Shown: piece after piece, positions 39,433-55,954 of the stretch
How the letters are laid out: every line of letters starts with the position of its first letter
Position numbering within the stretch: the stretch's first letter is position 1
Source: the human T2T-CHM13v2.0 reference genome, Homo sapiens
Assembly: GCF_009914755.1 (NCBI RefSeq)
Contig: NC_060932.1
Reading direction: 5' to 3' (one strand)
DNA length: 64,000 nucleotides
The notes under the pieces: generated by a model
Seen by the model: only the letters and a program-made list of their open reading frames with translations
What the model was told of the DNA's origin: nothing
The model's database searches: none
Program-made: the position numbers and the translations under genes

Positions 39433-42400
39433 TGATGTTCCACGTACCCTTGATGAATGTTTATTCCATTGTTTTGGATAAAATATTCTGTATATGTCTT
39501 TTAGGTCCATGTGATTTAGTGAATTGTTTGAGTCCAAAATTTCCTTATCAATTTTCTGTTTGATCAATCAGTTTTTGAAAGTAGGGTATTGAAATATCCT
39601 ACCATTATTGTATTGCTGTTTCCCTTCTGATTATTTAATATTTGTTTTATATATTTAGGTGCTCAGGTGTTGGGTGCATATTTAGAATTGTTATATTCTC
39701 TTGATGAATTAATTCCTTTATCAATATATAATGTCATTTTTGCCTCTTTTTACTGTTTTTTACTTAAAGTCTATTTTGGCTGATATATTTATATCCACCA
39801 TGCTGCCTTTTGGTTTCCATTTGCATGGAATATCTCTCTTTCTTCCTTCATTTTCAGTCTATATATATCTTTAAAGGTGAGGTGAGTGTCTTCTATTCAG
39901 CATAGAGCTGGATCTTTTTTTTTAAATTAAATTAATTCACCCACTTTGGGTCTTTATGTTGGAGAATTTAGTCCATTTACTATCAAGCTAATGATTGATA
40001 CATAAGGACTTGCTACTGCCATCTTGTTAATTGTTTCCTGGCTGTTTGTAGATAATTGTTTCTTTTTCTCTCGCCATCTTTCTTTGTGATTTGATAGCTT
40101 TCTTTAGCAGGGTGCTTTGAATCTTTTCCATTTTTGTATTGTGCTTCTATTAAAGATTTTGGATTTGTGGTTACCATGAGGCTTACTTAAAATATCTTAA
40201 ACTTATAACAGCCTATGTCAACCTCTCAAGAACTTACATGTAACTGCATACAACTCTAGACTTCTACTATCTCCACCCTACATTTTATATTAGAATTTAC
40301 ATCATTTTGTAGTGTGTATTCCTTGACAATTTAACTTAGCTATAGTTATTAATAGTTTTGTTTTTTACCTTCATACTTGGGACGAAATTGCCCTATGTAC
40401 CATTTTTAAAACTCTAAAATATTCTAACTATGGCTGTGTTTTATTTTTACCATTGAGTTTTGTGTTTTTGTATGTTTTATGTTATTAACTAATAGCTCTT
40501 TGTTTTAGTTTAAATATCTCCCTTTAACAATTACTGTAGGCAGGTCTAATGGTGATCAAATCCCTTAGCTTTCATTTGTCTGAGAAAGTTTTTATTTCTC
40601 CCTCACTTATGAAATACAGATTTGTTGGGTAAAGTAGTCTTGTTTAGCAAGGGTTTTGTTTGTTGGGGGGGTGTGTATGTGTGTCTATGTGTGTGTATGT
40701 GGAGAGACATTTCCTTCAGCACTTTAAACATATTATCATACTCTTTCCTGGCCTGCAGGGATTCTACTGAGAAATCTGCTGATAGTAGAATTGGCACACT
40801 TTTCTATATGATGTATTTCTTATCTCTTGCAGCTCTCAATTTTTTCTTTGTCTTTATTTTTTGATAATTTAATTATTATTTTAACTATAATTTATCATGG
40901 TTTACTCTTCTTTTAATTGAATTTGATTGAAGAACTCTGTGCTTCTTGTAACTGGATGCTGGCCTGTATCCTCAGATTAGGGCAAATTTCAGTCATAATT
41001 TCACTGAATATGCTTTCTGGCCCTTTTTTTCCTTCTTCCCTATCTAAACGCTTATTGTGCATAATTTGATCGCTTGATGTTGTCTCAGAATTCTAGCAGG
41101 CTTTCTTTCTTATTTTTTATTATTTTGTCTTTTTGCTTCTCTGACTGGATAATTTTATATGTTTATTCTTCCAGCTCACTGGTTCTTTTCTGTGGTTTAT
41201 TAAGTCTGCTGTTGAAGCTTTCTATTATATATTTTTAGGTTAGTCATTGTGTTCTTCATCTCTAGGATTTTAATCTGATTATTAAATTTTTTCCATTTCT
41301 TTGTCAAACGTTTCACCTTTTTGTATATTGTTTTTAAATTTTTACTAAACTTTTAATCCATACATTTCTGTAGTTTATTGAACTTCTTTATAAGTATTAG
41401 TCTGAATTATTTGTCAGTCATTTTGCAGATCTCCTTTTCTTTGAGGCCTATTATGGAAATTTTATTAGTTTATTTTGGAAGTGTTATGATTCCCTGATTG
41501 TAATCCTTGTGCTTTTGCATTAATTGCTACACATTTGAGGAGATAGCTCCCTCTTCTGGCCTTGGCAGGTTTTTTTGTTTTGTTTTTGTTTTTGTTTTTG
41601 TTTTTCCACAAGGATAGACCTTCACTATGTAGTCTAACTTGTGATTCTGGATGGGCCCCAAAGTAAAAACATCAGGTAGGTGGAGCTTATGTTGAGTTCT
41701 CTAGTTTGCTGGACCTCTGCCTTTGCTGAGATGTTTGGTGTGGCTGCTGGCTGGGCTTCATTGCCCAGTGAGACAACTGACTGGGCTTTGCTGTTAGGCA
41801 GAGCTCCTGGCTGGGTACTGTGATAGCTTCAGCTTAGGCTGGTCACAAGATGTATTTTCTGGCTGGGCAATTCTGCTATTTGGGATCTGCTTGGGTGAGG
41901 GCTTCAGGCTGGGATCTGAGGATTGGCAGAGTTGTTGCTTGGGACAGGCTGAATTAGAGGCTATGTTCCTTATAAATGCATTATTGAGTATTAAAATCCA
42001 AAAAGATTGGAATCTCCCTGTTTGGCCAAGTCTGTTGGGTGTGCTTTTTACCTGACTGGAACTGCTGATTGACTTCCCAGGTGAAGTCTGTCTAGTGCCT
42101 TCCCTTCTCCAAAATGGGGCCTGGAGAAGACTTGATGAGAGCACCCGGGCTGTGTGGGAAAAGTGGCTAACCGTTTGACCCTGAAAGACCTGTGAATTGT
42201 GCTTCATGCAGCATGGTTGGCTACTTTCTCTAGTGTAGTGTCTCTTGGTTGGAATGCAGAGCAACCACCAAGTTCTGCATGTTGGTTGCTGCGAGCCCCA
42301 CCCCCATCCTTTGTGTCTATCTGAATTCTAGGTGGTCTAGCTCTGGCAGTGTTCCCAACATTTCTGATGGAATGCAATGGGAGTAAGCATCCTGCCAAGG

Positions 42401-42849
42401 GTCCCAGAATATTGAGAAAGCTGAATGAATGCCTCTAGCTCACTTTCTTCCCTATAGAAATTGTGGTCCAGGATAATGATCTCTGTGTTGCACTGTTCTT
42501 GCGTGGGGGTGTGGTGGCAAAGTGAAAGAGAAGCATTCTTACCATTTCATTACAGCATTTTATGGTTCTGCCATCCAAGGGAGTGTTTAAGCCTCCCCTT
42601 AAGTTCTGGAATACTCAGATGGTATTATTATTAGTATTATTAGTATTATTATTTGGATAGTTGGTAGTTGGATTTTTGTGGAGGGAAGCAAAACTTGGAG
42701 AAATCTTATCCTACCATCTTGCTGACATCATTCTTCGTCACTGCACTTTGAATAAATTCCATGAGGGTAAGATTCACAACTCTTGACTACATGATTTGTA
42801 TTATTTTATTTTTATTTTTTATTGGGAGGAAAAAATAAATTAATTATTT

Positions 42850-43400
42850 GGAAGCATACAGAATCAGAGATAGTCTTGGTGCATTTAGATAGATATGTTT
42901 ACTAATGGGTTAAGCATATAGAATGAATTTAGAAATTTGAAAGATATAACCATTTTGGTGTCAGTTGAAGCAGTGAGTGTAAATGAATCTCTAAGGATTA
43001 TGTGGAGTCAGCAGCAGGTATTAAACAGAGACTTGAAAATCATCACCATTTAAGGTAAGCAATGAGAATAATACACACAAAAGTAAACTCTAATAAAATG
43101 GCTAGGGGGTGCAGGAAATAATTGTAGAACAGAGTAGCATAGTAGTCAGAGAGTAAAAGAATGAATTTAAAAAATAAGTTGAATGGCCACAATATAAGAT
43201 GTCTCAGAGAGACAGATGAGGTGACATTTTTGAAAAATGCAATGGAATTGACCAGAAAAATGGGGAGATTTTTGCTTGTTTCTTAATCTTGTTGAAAGCT
43301 ATTTCATTATATACTGTGATAAAAGCCAGAATGCAGGCGACTAAAGAGAGAAAAGAAAGTGAAATATTGGAAATAGTCTGCAAAGCGTACTGCTTTTTGA
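42850..43400 (-). mobile_element. L2 relic
   Basis: Purine-rich degenerate antisense L2 motifs (GTTGAAGCAGTGAGTGTAAATGA, CCATTTAAGG, AAGCCAGAATGCAG). Confidence 0.4.
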
Positions 43401-44184
43401 GTTTTTTTTTTTTTTTTTTTGAAGCTTCGAAATGAATGAAGAAAGAAAAGAGACATTAGGAGAAATCGGGGTGAATTTATATGTTGTTTTCATTGGTTTC
43501 CCTGAGAATTAGCATTTAAGAGAGAAATTAAAATTATAAAAAGTGATGTTGGTTTGGCACAGATGGAATATTTAGGAAGATAAAGCCTCTCATCTTCGAC
43601 CTAGTATAGGAGATATGAGGATGTGTAGAAATAGTAAACATTAGAGATTGATAGGGAAAACAACATAAAAAGTCGACCTATCCCACATATCAATGGTTGT
43701 TTTCTTAAGGCGAGTAAATATTCTCACTTAAGCAATATGGTAATAACAATTGGCTACTTGAAGACAGAAGACGGGGAAAGAGCCCATGAGGAATGACTAA
43801 AACTCCAAATGTTTAGCATGAGGGCTTATCTCAAGATAAAATTCAGACATTAGTATAAAAGCCATACAACTCATTTGGATTAGTTGCTTCTGCAGGAGTG
43901 GACCTGTAAGAAAAATGAATAGAAGAAAGGAGAGTGAGATGGCAGGAAGCATTTTTCAAATGTGCAGAAATTAAACGATTTCTTTACTTATTTTTGCTAA
44001 GAAACCTTTCTTCCCCCCTTGCGGGGGAGAAGAAGACTTTCCTGAATATAATGAAGAAATTAAAGAGACAAACAAAACCCCTATCTGGCAGTGTTGATTT
44101 CAGGATAAAACTCAATAGTGTATAAGAAATCAGCTGGAACTGTCTTTGGCATGTTTCACACACAGTGAATATTGGAGAGCTAAT

Positions 44185-44751
<567 letters not shown>

Positions 44752-46854
44752 TAAAGAATATATTATTTCTTTATTTTTAAATATTTTGCTGATCTGTATC
44801 ATAATTACACTGTAAAACATTGATTATGTTATCAATTTGACTGTGCAGCCTTCACCTCTCCTCACTCTATATCATTTGACTTTTTTCAGCTGACATTAAA
44901 TGATCAAATAAATCATATTATCTGTGCATATAGAAATGATCTCTGAGGAAGTGATGCTTCACTTGAGCAATCAGAAACACAAGTTGAATTTTAAGTGGGC
45001 TTACATTTTTCGTGCTTTTCCATGCTTATTAATGTTTTAAGTACCAAGCTCCTTTTCCTAGGACGTTTTTGAATCCTTTATTTTATTCAAATATAACCAT
45101 TTTCTAGACTTCAGCACCACAAATTGGGTTGAAAGTTTCAGAGACTAATCAGAAATGTCGTATCACTGTTGTGCACTAGAAAACAAAGATGGTTTTAAGC
45201 AAATTGCTAAGAGAAGTCATTAGAGGAGAGAATCTTGTATAGGATGAGATTTATGCTACCCGCCATAGTGCAGTCTGAGTTTTTTCAATGAAGATAAATG
45301 AATAACTCCATCATCTCAATGTGTAGTCTCTTTAACAAACATGCTGTCTGTTCTATGATTTGTGATGGTTTTACACAGGAAAAACTAACTGAGATATATC
45401 ATGGCTGTCAAATCCTGGTATTCCTGTGGACTTTCTGAACAGACGATTGTACCACTTTCATTATCTTTGTGTTACAGATAATGGATAATAAACCAGCTTA
45501 CAGTACCCAAAGGAGAGCTTCTTGGACCCTGGAAAAGTCTTCAAATGCACCGCATACACATTAAACTTTTTTTGCCCTCTGAAGATGCCTTTGAATCAAA
45601 TAAAAATTGCTTTACTTTCAAAATCAAGAATCAATTTTCCAGAGTTCCCTGGTTGAAAAGGATATTTTTATCTGTGGCCTCATCTGATTCTTGAGGAATT
45701 TAATTCTCCATTTTTCAAAGTTTGGATGGGAGTACTCTAGGATTCACTTGGGGGGCATTTTATAACCCAGATTGCTTCCCAATACCCTTCTTTATTTCTC
45801 ATCTCAGACTCCATGGATTTAGCCTTCTACTCTTTCTGTCTCTAGTCAACATGCCCCGATCTGCCTTTTGGACTTTCATTAGTCTCAAATTGGCCTTCAA
45901 AGCAGGATGAGATATTTCTAACTGTCTTCTACCAGTCCTACACCACAAAGCAATAATTTATTTGATCAGTCACTCACTTTGGTTCTACACTGTTAATTCA
46001 TACATGTATTAATAAGTTAAATAAATAAGCTTTTAACAATGTATATTCAATTTAAAACAATTTTTCTTGTTCCCTAGGGTTGCCATGTAAATAAAACAGA
46101 GTAGGCTTGTGAGTAAAATAACTCAGCTTTTGTATGTAGTCTTTGTGTTTGTCTTTTTGTATTATACATTTATTACCATTAAACAAGAAAGGAAAACTGC
46201 AATACTATAAAATATGTCAAACCTGAGAAGGCTATACAAACTTAAAACGTCATATAAAGTACTCTTAGGGGTTTTGGTTTTATAATTTCTACTTCTTTTC
46301 TTGGAAAGCTCCTGAAATCTCTGTTTTCTGTCTGTATTCCATTCTCTGTTACACATCAGTGTTCTTGACTGAGACCAGTAGTTCTCTCTTGACCTCCTAT
46401 TACAGCCCTCTCTAGAATTCATACTGGATCTCTACTTAGAAAACTTCACCTTGTCAATTTTAGAAATAATGTAGAATTATTATTTGCTACGAGTGGGCCA
46501 TACACACTTTTTATGTATGTATCATGTATATCAGTAAGGGGCTCTTCAAGGAAGTAGCGTATTTCTCTAAAAATCATTTGCTAACAATCCACCTACTTAA
46601 TGAACATTTCGCCAATGACCAGTCCACATGTGACCAGCTTGTTCCAAATACAAAATCTACCAATATATCATAAAAATAAATTAAAAATTTGTAGCAATTG
46701 AATGGAGCAGATTTTACTATCTGAATTTTAAATCACTAAAGATTTCTGCAAATATTTAGTAGATTATTTTGTTGTCATTGAAATATTTTTCAAACGTTTA
46801 ATTGGCAGAGGTTAAAGAGCCACAGAGTGATTTCCTTTTTAAGAGTGTACTGAC

Positions 46855-47201
<347 letters not shown>

Positions 47202-48275
47202 TCAGCATTTTAAATACAGTATTTCAGTTCATAGGAATTTCTTTTATCCTTTTTTAAAAGTCATTTCAAATTTTATAAATATTTTTTCAGTATTTTTTAG
47301 GCTAATTTATTAAGCTTAGATTTGGAAAGCTGTGATGTTGCTCCTATTTTTGCTTCATTTCTATGATTTTTAAAAAAATCCTAGTAATTCCTATACTTTT
47401 TCATATTTATGATTAATGCCCACCTCCATACTCAATATCCATTATAGCAGTTTATTCTAGCCATCTTTCCTTCCTGCTGTATGGCATAGTTTTATTTCAG
47501 CATATTGAGTCTTTTTGTAAACTGCTGCCAAATTTATTTATCTGAATTATTCCCTCTCAGATACCAACATTTCAGGATCTTATTTCTGTTTGGATTATTT
47601 AGGTCAATTTCAATTTTCATGCATTTTATTTTTCTTTAAAATCAATTATTTTCATAATCTTTTAACAACTTCACAAAAGTCATATTAACCTGAATTTTTC
47701 AGTTTATCTTTGACGTTTTTGTATTTCAAACTTTCTTTGGTGATGGGATTGTTTCAGCTTCTGTGAATACTCTCAAATTATGAAAATGTCATTTCTACTT
47801 ATAGCTAATATTTAGGTGATTTTTACCTTTGACTCAGTCCCACACCGATTAACCCTGAATTCTTAGGTATTAACAATTGAATTATTAACTTTCTATGTTT
47901 TCTTTTCAGAATCCTTCCCACACATACCGTACTTATGGTGAAGGGATTTCAGATATAGGATGCTATTCTCAGACGGTAATTTTGGTTACTGATTAAGTGT
48001 ACATTTCTAAATAGTAGACATTTTTTAAAGTAATAATAAAAGTGCAAACTTACCTATTGGCTTTCAAGAAATCATCTGTTGCTTAAACTTCTGGTATAAA
48101 GATGAGCTAAAAACGAATCGCCAAACATCAATACAAACAAAACCAATAGAAAGTTGCTAAAATCATCCTATTGGATGAGAATTTTGGTGAACTTTATAAA
48201 TCTTTAATGTTTAATAAATCAATAAATTGATAAAATAAAAATTGGTGATTTGACACATTTATATTTCAGACAATT

Positions 48276-48319
48276 TGTGTGTGTGTATGTGTGTGTGTGT
48301 ATGTTTGTGTGTATGTGTG
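48276..48319. repeat. (TG)n microsatellite (imperfect)
   Basis: TG run with TA interruptions. Confidence 0.85.
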
Positions 48320-49608
48320 AATTGAATCACAAACTATGCAAAATGGTGGTGCTGCTCATTCACTTGTGACCTCAAGTGAGTTTATCTACCTTGTTTCTTC
48401 CTTAATTTTTTTGTATCATTCTTCTTTTTAACCTTTTTATCCACTAGTGATCAAAATGAAGATAGGTTTCCTTCTTTACTAATACTCCCACGTATGTAGA
48501 GCTTACTTAAAATGCAACTGGGATGTATTTCATAATAAAAATGAGAAGCAAGATCATCAATCGCCAATTATCATAAAACTCAAAACTGAGAAGAGCTCCA
48601 ATAAGTCACTTGTTCCAGCTTTCTAGCCTCAAACAGGGAATACATGCACACACATCCACACCACAGGTGACTCACTGCGGCATAAGGAAAATACATAACC
48701 TTTCCAAATACATGAGACCACAGAGCAAAGCTCACATTTATTTAAATATTCCCACAAGATGGTTGGAGGGGAATTAGTTTGTCTACCATAACAAACAGAC
48801 AAGATTCATGGAAAAACAGAAGCTGAAGAGTACATTGTGTTAGGAAATTCTTAAGGATCTTTTCTGGATTTTGCTGTGGCTTTTAAGTGTTCTATAATTT
48901 TATTACAACAGATTTTTTTTAAATGTATCCGATTCACTGAGTGAAAAAGAAGTCTGCTAGTTATTGAAGTCACACATTCAAATTTCACTTCCTCTGGGCA
49001 GGTTAACAAATAGAATTGTTGAAGACATCATAAAGGTCAGATGAATGGAGGATGCAGGTCTCCCACTCTCCAGTTGTTGCAGAAGAGGTGTGCTTGGGCC
49101 ATGGTGCTCTGCTGGACATGCTGTGGGACCCCAACTCCCCACACCACACCAATGCTCCCTTCTTCCAAGCAAATGCCAAAGCTGACTTATCAGTGACGGC
49201 ACATCCACACTTCTGGGGAGCTGGGTCGTCTGACTGTAGGAGTTGCCTGTGAATGCCTGCTGCCCAGAACCTGACGGTCTTGAGACCAGTGGGATTTTAC
49301 ACAGGGGGGAAGACACCATCCATGTGGGAGGATACTGATCCCCAGCACAGTGCCACTGGCTGAGTGAGTATATGTGTGTGGGGTGATTCAAGCTATCCAG
49401 AGTGAGCATAAGGATCATTGCTGGAAAGACCTACTTAAACTGTAGGACATTTGAGTTGTGAAAAGAGTGACACAAATGAAAAAAATTAACTGGAGTTTAT
49501 TCATTCAATAGTATCTTCATGACAATGTTGAGTAGTTGCATTTCCTATGAAAGACCCCTGCTTTGATTTGGTGTTCTCCAATATTATTAAGGAAGAATAT
49601 ATACTCTC

Positions 49609-49650
49609 TGTGTGTGTGTGTGCGTGCATGCGTGTGTGTGTGTGTGTGTG
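49609..49650. repeat. (TG)n microsatellite
   Basis: TG run with a CGTGCATGCG interruption. Confidence 0.9.
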
Positions 49651-49890
49651 TTCATTTCTTGATATACCTAGCAAGTCAGCAAGTCTGTTCCTGGTGTTTC
49701 CCACCAAATAATCGTAATTTACATGGTGTAGTTTTATCACTGTAAATGATAACTTATTCCAGGACTAAGTTATAAATTGAAAGTAAGGACAGAGCCTGTG
49801 TTTTAATGTCAATGGCTAGCACAGTGTCTGGAACACAGTAAGCTAGCAGTGATTATTTATTAAATAAATTCACATTAGTTTCTTCTCTAC

Positions 49891-50317
49891 TGATATGGAC
49901 TGGATGTTAGTGTTCCTCCAAAGTGTGTATGGTGATTACATTTGGAGATAGGGCCTCTAAGGAAAGAATTAAGGTTAAATGAGGGCATAGCAGTGGGATC
50001 CTGATCTCATGGGAACAGTGTCCTAACAAGAAGCAATCCCAGAGAGCTCGCACTCTCTCTCTATCTTGCTCTTGCTCTCACTTTCTCCTTCTCTCTCTCT
50101 CTCTGTCTTTATGCACACCCATTGAGGAAAGACTACATGAGGACATAACAAGAAGATGGTCATCTACACGCCAGGGAGAGAATTCTTACCAGAAACCAGC
50201 TGTGATGAACTTTAGTCTGAGACTTTCCAGCCTCCAACACTCTCAGAAAATGCATTTCTGGTCCTTAAAACCCCCAGTCAGTGATATTTGTTGTGGTAGT
50301 CTGAGCAGACTAAGAAA
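49891..50317 (+). mobile_element. MLT1A-like MaLR solo LTR
   Basis: TGATATGGACTGGATGTT...GAGCAGACTAAGAAA; TSD TCTAC/TCCAC at 49886-49890 and 50318-50322. Confidence 0.85.
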
Positions 50318-51359
50318 TCCACTCTTTTGCCCTTTGCTAACTTCTACAGTTTAATGTAAATGCCAGTTTAATTGTATCAACCAAAAATTTCCATGGCTAT
50401 TTTTTTTAAACATGTGTTTTCCAGTCTTAATACATTAATACAATTCAGATTCTATTATGTGCTAATTAAATTTAGATGATTTATATGATGGTCTTCTGAA
50501 CTACTTCTCAAATAAAAGTAGTACATCCTCCTTATTAGAGTTCTGCATCAATGATGTCTTTTTAATGCCAAATAAAATATATATTTATTCAATTACTGCT
50601 GTAGAAAAATTGTCAAGCTTTCTTCTAGTAATACAAAATTAGATACTAAAAGTCCCTTATTTAAGACCCATGAGTTACAGATAACAACCCATCTAGTGAT
50701 AGAGGCCCATTGCTTTCAGAAATTTAATTAAAAATAAGAGGACATCATTGGTTCCAACTCCTACCTTCATATTTTTTTAATACGAGTCAATTAAATCACT
50801 AGGTCATATTGGGAATTATATCATTTTTAAAACAACATTAGACTTGTCATCTATAAGCTTCTGCCTGGACTCAGCTAACTAACTCTTCAAATGTCCAAAG
50901 CTTTGCATGATTTCCTAGTAAATTAGCCTGAAACAATCTGTAAGAGACAATAAGAGTATGATGTGATTCTTCTTGTGAAATCTGATTTGAAGCTACACTT
51001 AGGAGAGAAAGTAGAGAATGAGAAAATTATACAGATGTTTCAAAATCGTGTTGCAAATTTCTGTATGGATTAGTTGAAAGAACAATGGCCTTAAGATTGA
51101 CGAATACATTAACTTTTCTGATTCTGCCACTAAATAAAAAAGCCTTTGCCCTTTTGCGGTCTCAATATTTGTTTCTATGGGTAAAGGGATAGTAATGGAG
51201 TAAGCTATGTGTTCCCAATATTTTCCTCATTAAGAATTATATACATTTCTATTTATTTCTATGTGTTAAAAATTAATGTTTTGAAACAATTATGTACCAA
51301 TCAAACTACATTTACTAATAGCTTCTGTGGTCACATAATGTACCTTAATATACTTTTCT

Positions 51360-53387
51360 TTTTTTCTTATATTTATTTATTTATTTTTTACTTTAAGTTC
51401 TGGGATACATGTGCAGAATGTGCAGGTTTGTTACACAGGCATACATGTGCCATGGTAGTTTGCTGGACCTATCAACACATCATCTAGGTTTTAAGCCTTG
51501 CATGCATTAAGTATTTGTCCTAATGCTGTCCCCTCCCCTTGCTCCCCATCTCCAGACGGGACCTGTTGTGTGTTGTTCCCCTTCCTGTGCCCATGTGCTC
51601 TCATCATTCAGCTACCACTTGTGAGTGAGAACATGTGATGTTTTGTTTTCTGTTCCTGTATTAGTTTGCTGATAATGATGGCTTCCAGCTTCATCCATGT
51701 CCCTGTAAAGGACATGATCTCATTCTTTTTTATGGCTGCATAGTATTGCATGGTGTACATGAGCCACATTTTCTTTATCCAGTCTGTCATTTATGGGCAT
51801 TTGGGTTGATTCCAAGTGTTTGCTATTGTAAATAGTGCCACAATAAACATACGTGTACATGTGTCTTTATAGTAGAATGATTTATAATCCTTTGGGTATA
51901 TACCCAGTAATGGGATTGCTGGATCAAATGGTATTTCTGGTTCTAGATCCTTGAGGAATCACCACACTGTCTTCCACAATGGTTGAACTAATTTACACTC
52001 CACCAACAGTGTAAAAGCATTCGTATTTCTCCACAGCCTTGCCAACATCTATTGTTTCCTGACTTTTTAATAATCGCCATTCTGACTGATGTGAGATGGT
52101 ATCTCATTGTGGTTTTGATTTGCATTTCTCTAATGACTAATGATGATGAGCTTTTTTTCATATGTTTGTTGGCCACATGAATGTCTTCTTTTGAGAAGTG
52201 TCTGTTCATATCTTTTGCCCATTTTTTGATAGAGTTGTTTGTTTTTTTCTTGTAAATTTGGTTAAGTTCTTTGTAGATTCTGGATATTCAACCTTTGTCA
52301 GATGGGTAGATTGCAAGAATTTTCTCCCATTCTGTAGGTTGTCTGCTCACTCTGATGCTAGTTTCTTTTGCTATGCAGAAGCTCTTTAGTTTAATTAGAT
52401 CCCGTTTGTCAATTTTGGCTTTTGTTGCCATTGCTTTTGGTGTTTTAGTCATGAAGTCTTTGTCCATACCTATATCCTGAATGGTATTGCCTAGGTTTTC
52501 TTCTAGGGTTTTTATCGTTTTGGGTTTTACATTTGAGTCTTTAATCTATCTTGAGTTAATTTTTGTATAAGTGGTAAGAGAGGGGTACAGTTTCTGTTTT
52601 CTGTATATGGCTAGCCAGTTTTCCCAGCACCATTTATTAAATAGGGAATCCTTTTCCTATTGCTTGTTTTTGTCAGGTTTGTCAAAGATCAGATGGTTGT
52701 AGATGTGTGGTGTTATTTCTGAGATCTCTGTTCTGTTCCATTGGTCTATATATCTGTTTTGGTACCAGTACTATGCTGTTTTGGTTACTGTAGCCTTGTC
52801 ATATAGTTTGAGGTCAGATAGCGTGATGCCTCCAGCTTTGTTCTTTTTGCTTACGATTGTCTTGGCTATAGGGGTCTTTGTTGGTTCCATATGAAATTTA
52901 AGGTAGTGTTTTTCCAATTCTGCGAAGAAAGTCAATGGTAGCTTGATGGGAACAGTATTGAATTTATAAATTACTTTGAGCAGTACGGCCATTTTCATGA
53001 TATTTATTCTTCCTATCCATGAGCATGGAATGTTTTTCCATTTGTTTGTGTCCTGTCTTACTTCCTTGAGCTGTGGTTTGTAGTTCTTCTTGAAGAGGTT
53101 CTTCTGTCCCTTATAAGTTGTATTCCTAGGTATTTAATTCTATTTGTAGCAAATGTGAATGGGAGTTCACTCATGATTGGCTCTCTGTCTGTTATTGGTG
53201 AATAGGAATGGTTATGATTGTTGCACATTGATTTTGTATCCTGAGACTTTGCTGAAGTTGCTTATCAGCTTAAGGAGTTTTTGGGCTGAGATAATGGGGT
53301 TTTCTAAATATAGAATCATGTAATCTGTAAACAGACAATTTGACTTCCTCTCTTTCTATTTGAATACCCTTTATTTCTTCCTCTTGT
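51360..53387 (-). mobile_element. L1PA8-like LINE-1, 5'-truncated (~2.0 kb)
   Basis: 3'UTR diagnostic CTAGGTTTTAAGCC..GCATGCATTA; ORF2 peptides at 51608-51790, 51988-52209 and 52771-52998; 15-bp TSD TTAATATA(C/T)TTTTCT at 51345-51359 and 53388-53402. Confidence 0.92.
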
Positions 53388-53836
53388 TTAATATATTTTT
53401 CTCTAGATGTTTATATACAAAATAGTTCATTATATAGTTTGACAACCACAGATTGAGAACCACCTAGATAGATCATCTGCAAAGACATATATGACTTGGT
53501 TACCATAGCTATGAAATAGAGAAATAAATATACTAGTATTTTTTGTAAAGGTATTTAAATAAAATTTGGAAAAATAAATATGAGGCAATAAAGTATATGC
53601 AATCATAGGATAGGATGATTCTAAAATCTCAAATGTTTCTGAATAATTTGGAAAAATTTTTACTCAGATGCTTACATATTTGTGACATCCATTTAAATTG
53701 ATTGATCCATTTATTTTTCTATCCATTAATTAACTCATTTATACATGCATTAATTCACTCATGCACCAAGTAATCACTTTTTAGAGGGTCTTGTGCTATT
53801 ATTATGAACACAGTTGGAGTAGTAAAGGAGACACAG

Positions 53837-54139
<303 letters not shown>

Positions 54140-54786
54140 TTAGACTAATGTAAGAACTGTGGGAAACCACATAAACAGAGTGTTTTATTGCTGTGGTAAA
54201 TAGTTTTGTACAATCAGAAAAGGTGCTATGAAAGAGTAAAGAGAGGGCTCACAATGTCTGGGAAGGCACAGGAGGTTTTTGGGAAAAGGTTATAGCTAAG
54301 AGACTTTTCAGGAATTAGTAGGTTTCAGCCAGAAAAAAAAAGGGCTGATTACTCATTTCTTCACTTTGACAATGCTCGTTTGTGATTTTGGTTTTTACAG
54401 TTTGGACAATTCTAAAAAATATATCTAATGAATAAACTGACTCATTGTTTGAAATATCTCAATTAAGTCCTTAATTATAGGGAAGCTATAGCTTTTTTGA
54501 AAGAAGATAAAATAAGTTGGTTTACAATGGTATTTTATATATGTGTGTGTGTTAGTGTGTGTGTTTGTGTGTGTGTATTCCTCCAAATGTACCTTCTTCC
54601 ACATCATTCCATGCCATTAATGGAAGTTCAATGATTCTCTGCCCTAGCATTCCATATTCCACATTCTTCATGCACTTGTACATTCAGCACGTATTTATTA
54701 TGCCAACTGGGACTCTTCCATGAAGGTGGTATGAAAATAGAAAGTTACATAAATGAAAAACAATATTTGTGTCAAAATAATTGATA

Positions 54787-55264
<478 letters not shown>

Positions 55265-55954
55265 TCTCATTTGATTTTCAAAAACTATTAACTAACATTA
55301 TTTAACATGTGAGAAGTTAAGTCCAATGCCACTCAATTTTAAATATCTAATTGAGAAGTGAACCCAAGAATTTTGTCCTCACACAACTGTTGACAGTTGA
55401 AATAACTGTCAATTGTATTGTCTGGGGAAGACTTCATGAATGAAATAAAAGTTCAAAGATTCAGACAGTTGTCCAGGGCTTTTTTCAATAGGTCAATCTG
55501 AGAACTTTCTGAAAGAGAAACAAACAATTGATGGAATATGAATAGATATTAGAAATGCATGTGTTATTTCCGGGGTGGTGGGGAGAGAATGAGTTACACT
55601 ATTTTGACTTGAGCAGCTATACCATCAAGACAAGATACAAATAATCCAAAAAATATAGACTGCAAAAACCCTCAAATATCAGGTCAAGGACTACACACAC
55701 ACCCTTTATCCTGTAGGCAAAGAAAAGCCACAGAAAATATTTCCCTTCATCATTCTGCCTTAAGCAAGCCCTTGGGCAAGGACAGAGAAGTGAAACTTCT
55801 GACAAGGCTTCAGATTTTTAAACTGAGTCCATTTCTGCCCACTGCACTGAAGTTCTTTTGGCTCTTTCTTCTGTATTTCCATGAGCTAATGCTCTGAATT
55901 GCTAACTGGCTGCTGATGCAGAGGTCGGTGTGGAGAGGACTTTCCATGGTTATG

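Noticed and set aside
41794-42264. 156-aa minus-strand ORF
   Set aside because: It lies in the 5'UTR region of the old L1 and has no recognisable domain.
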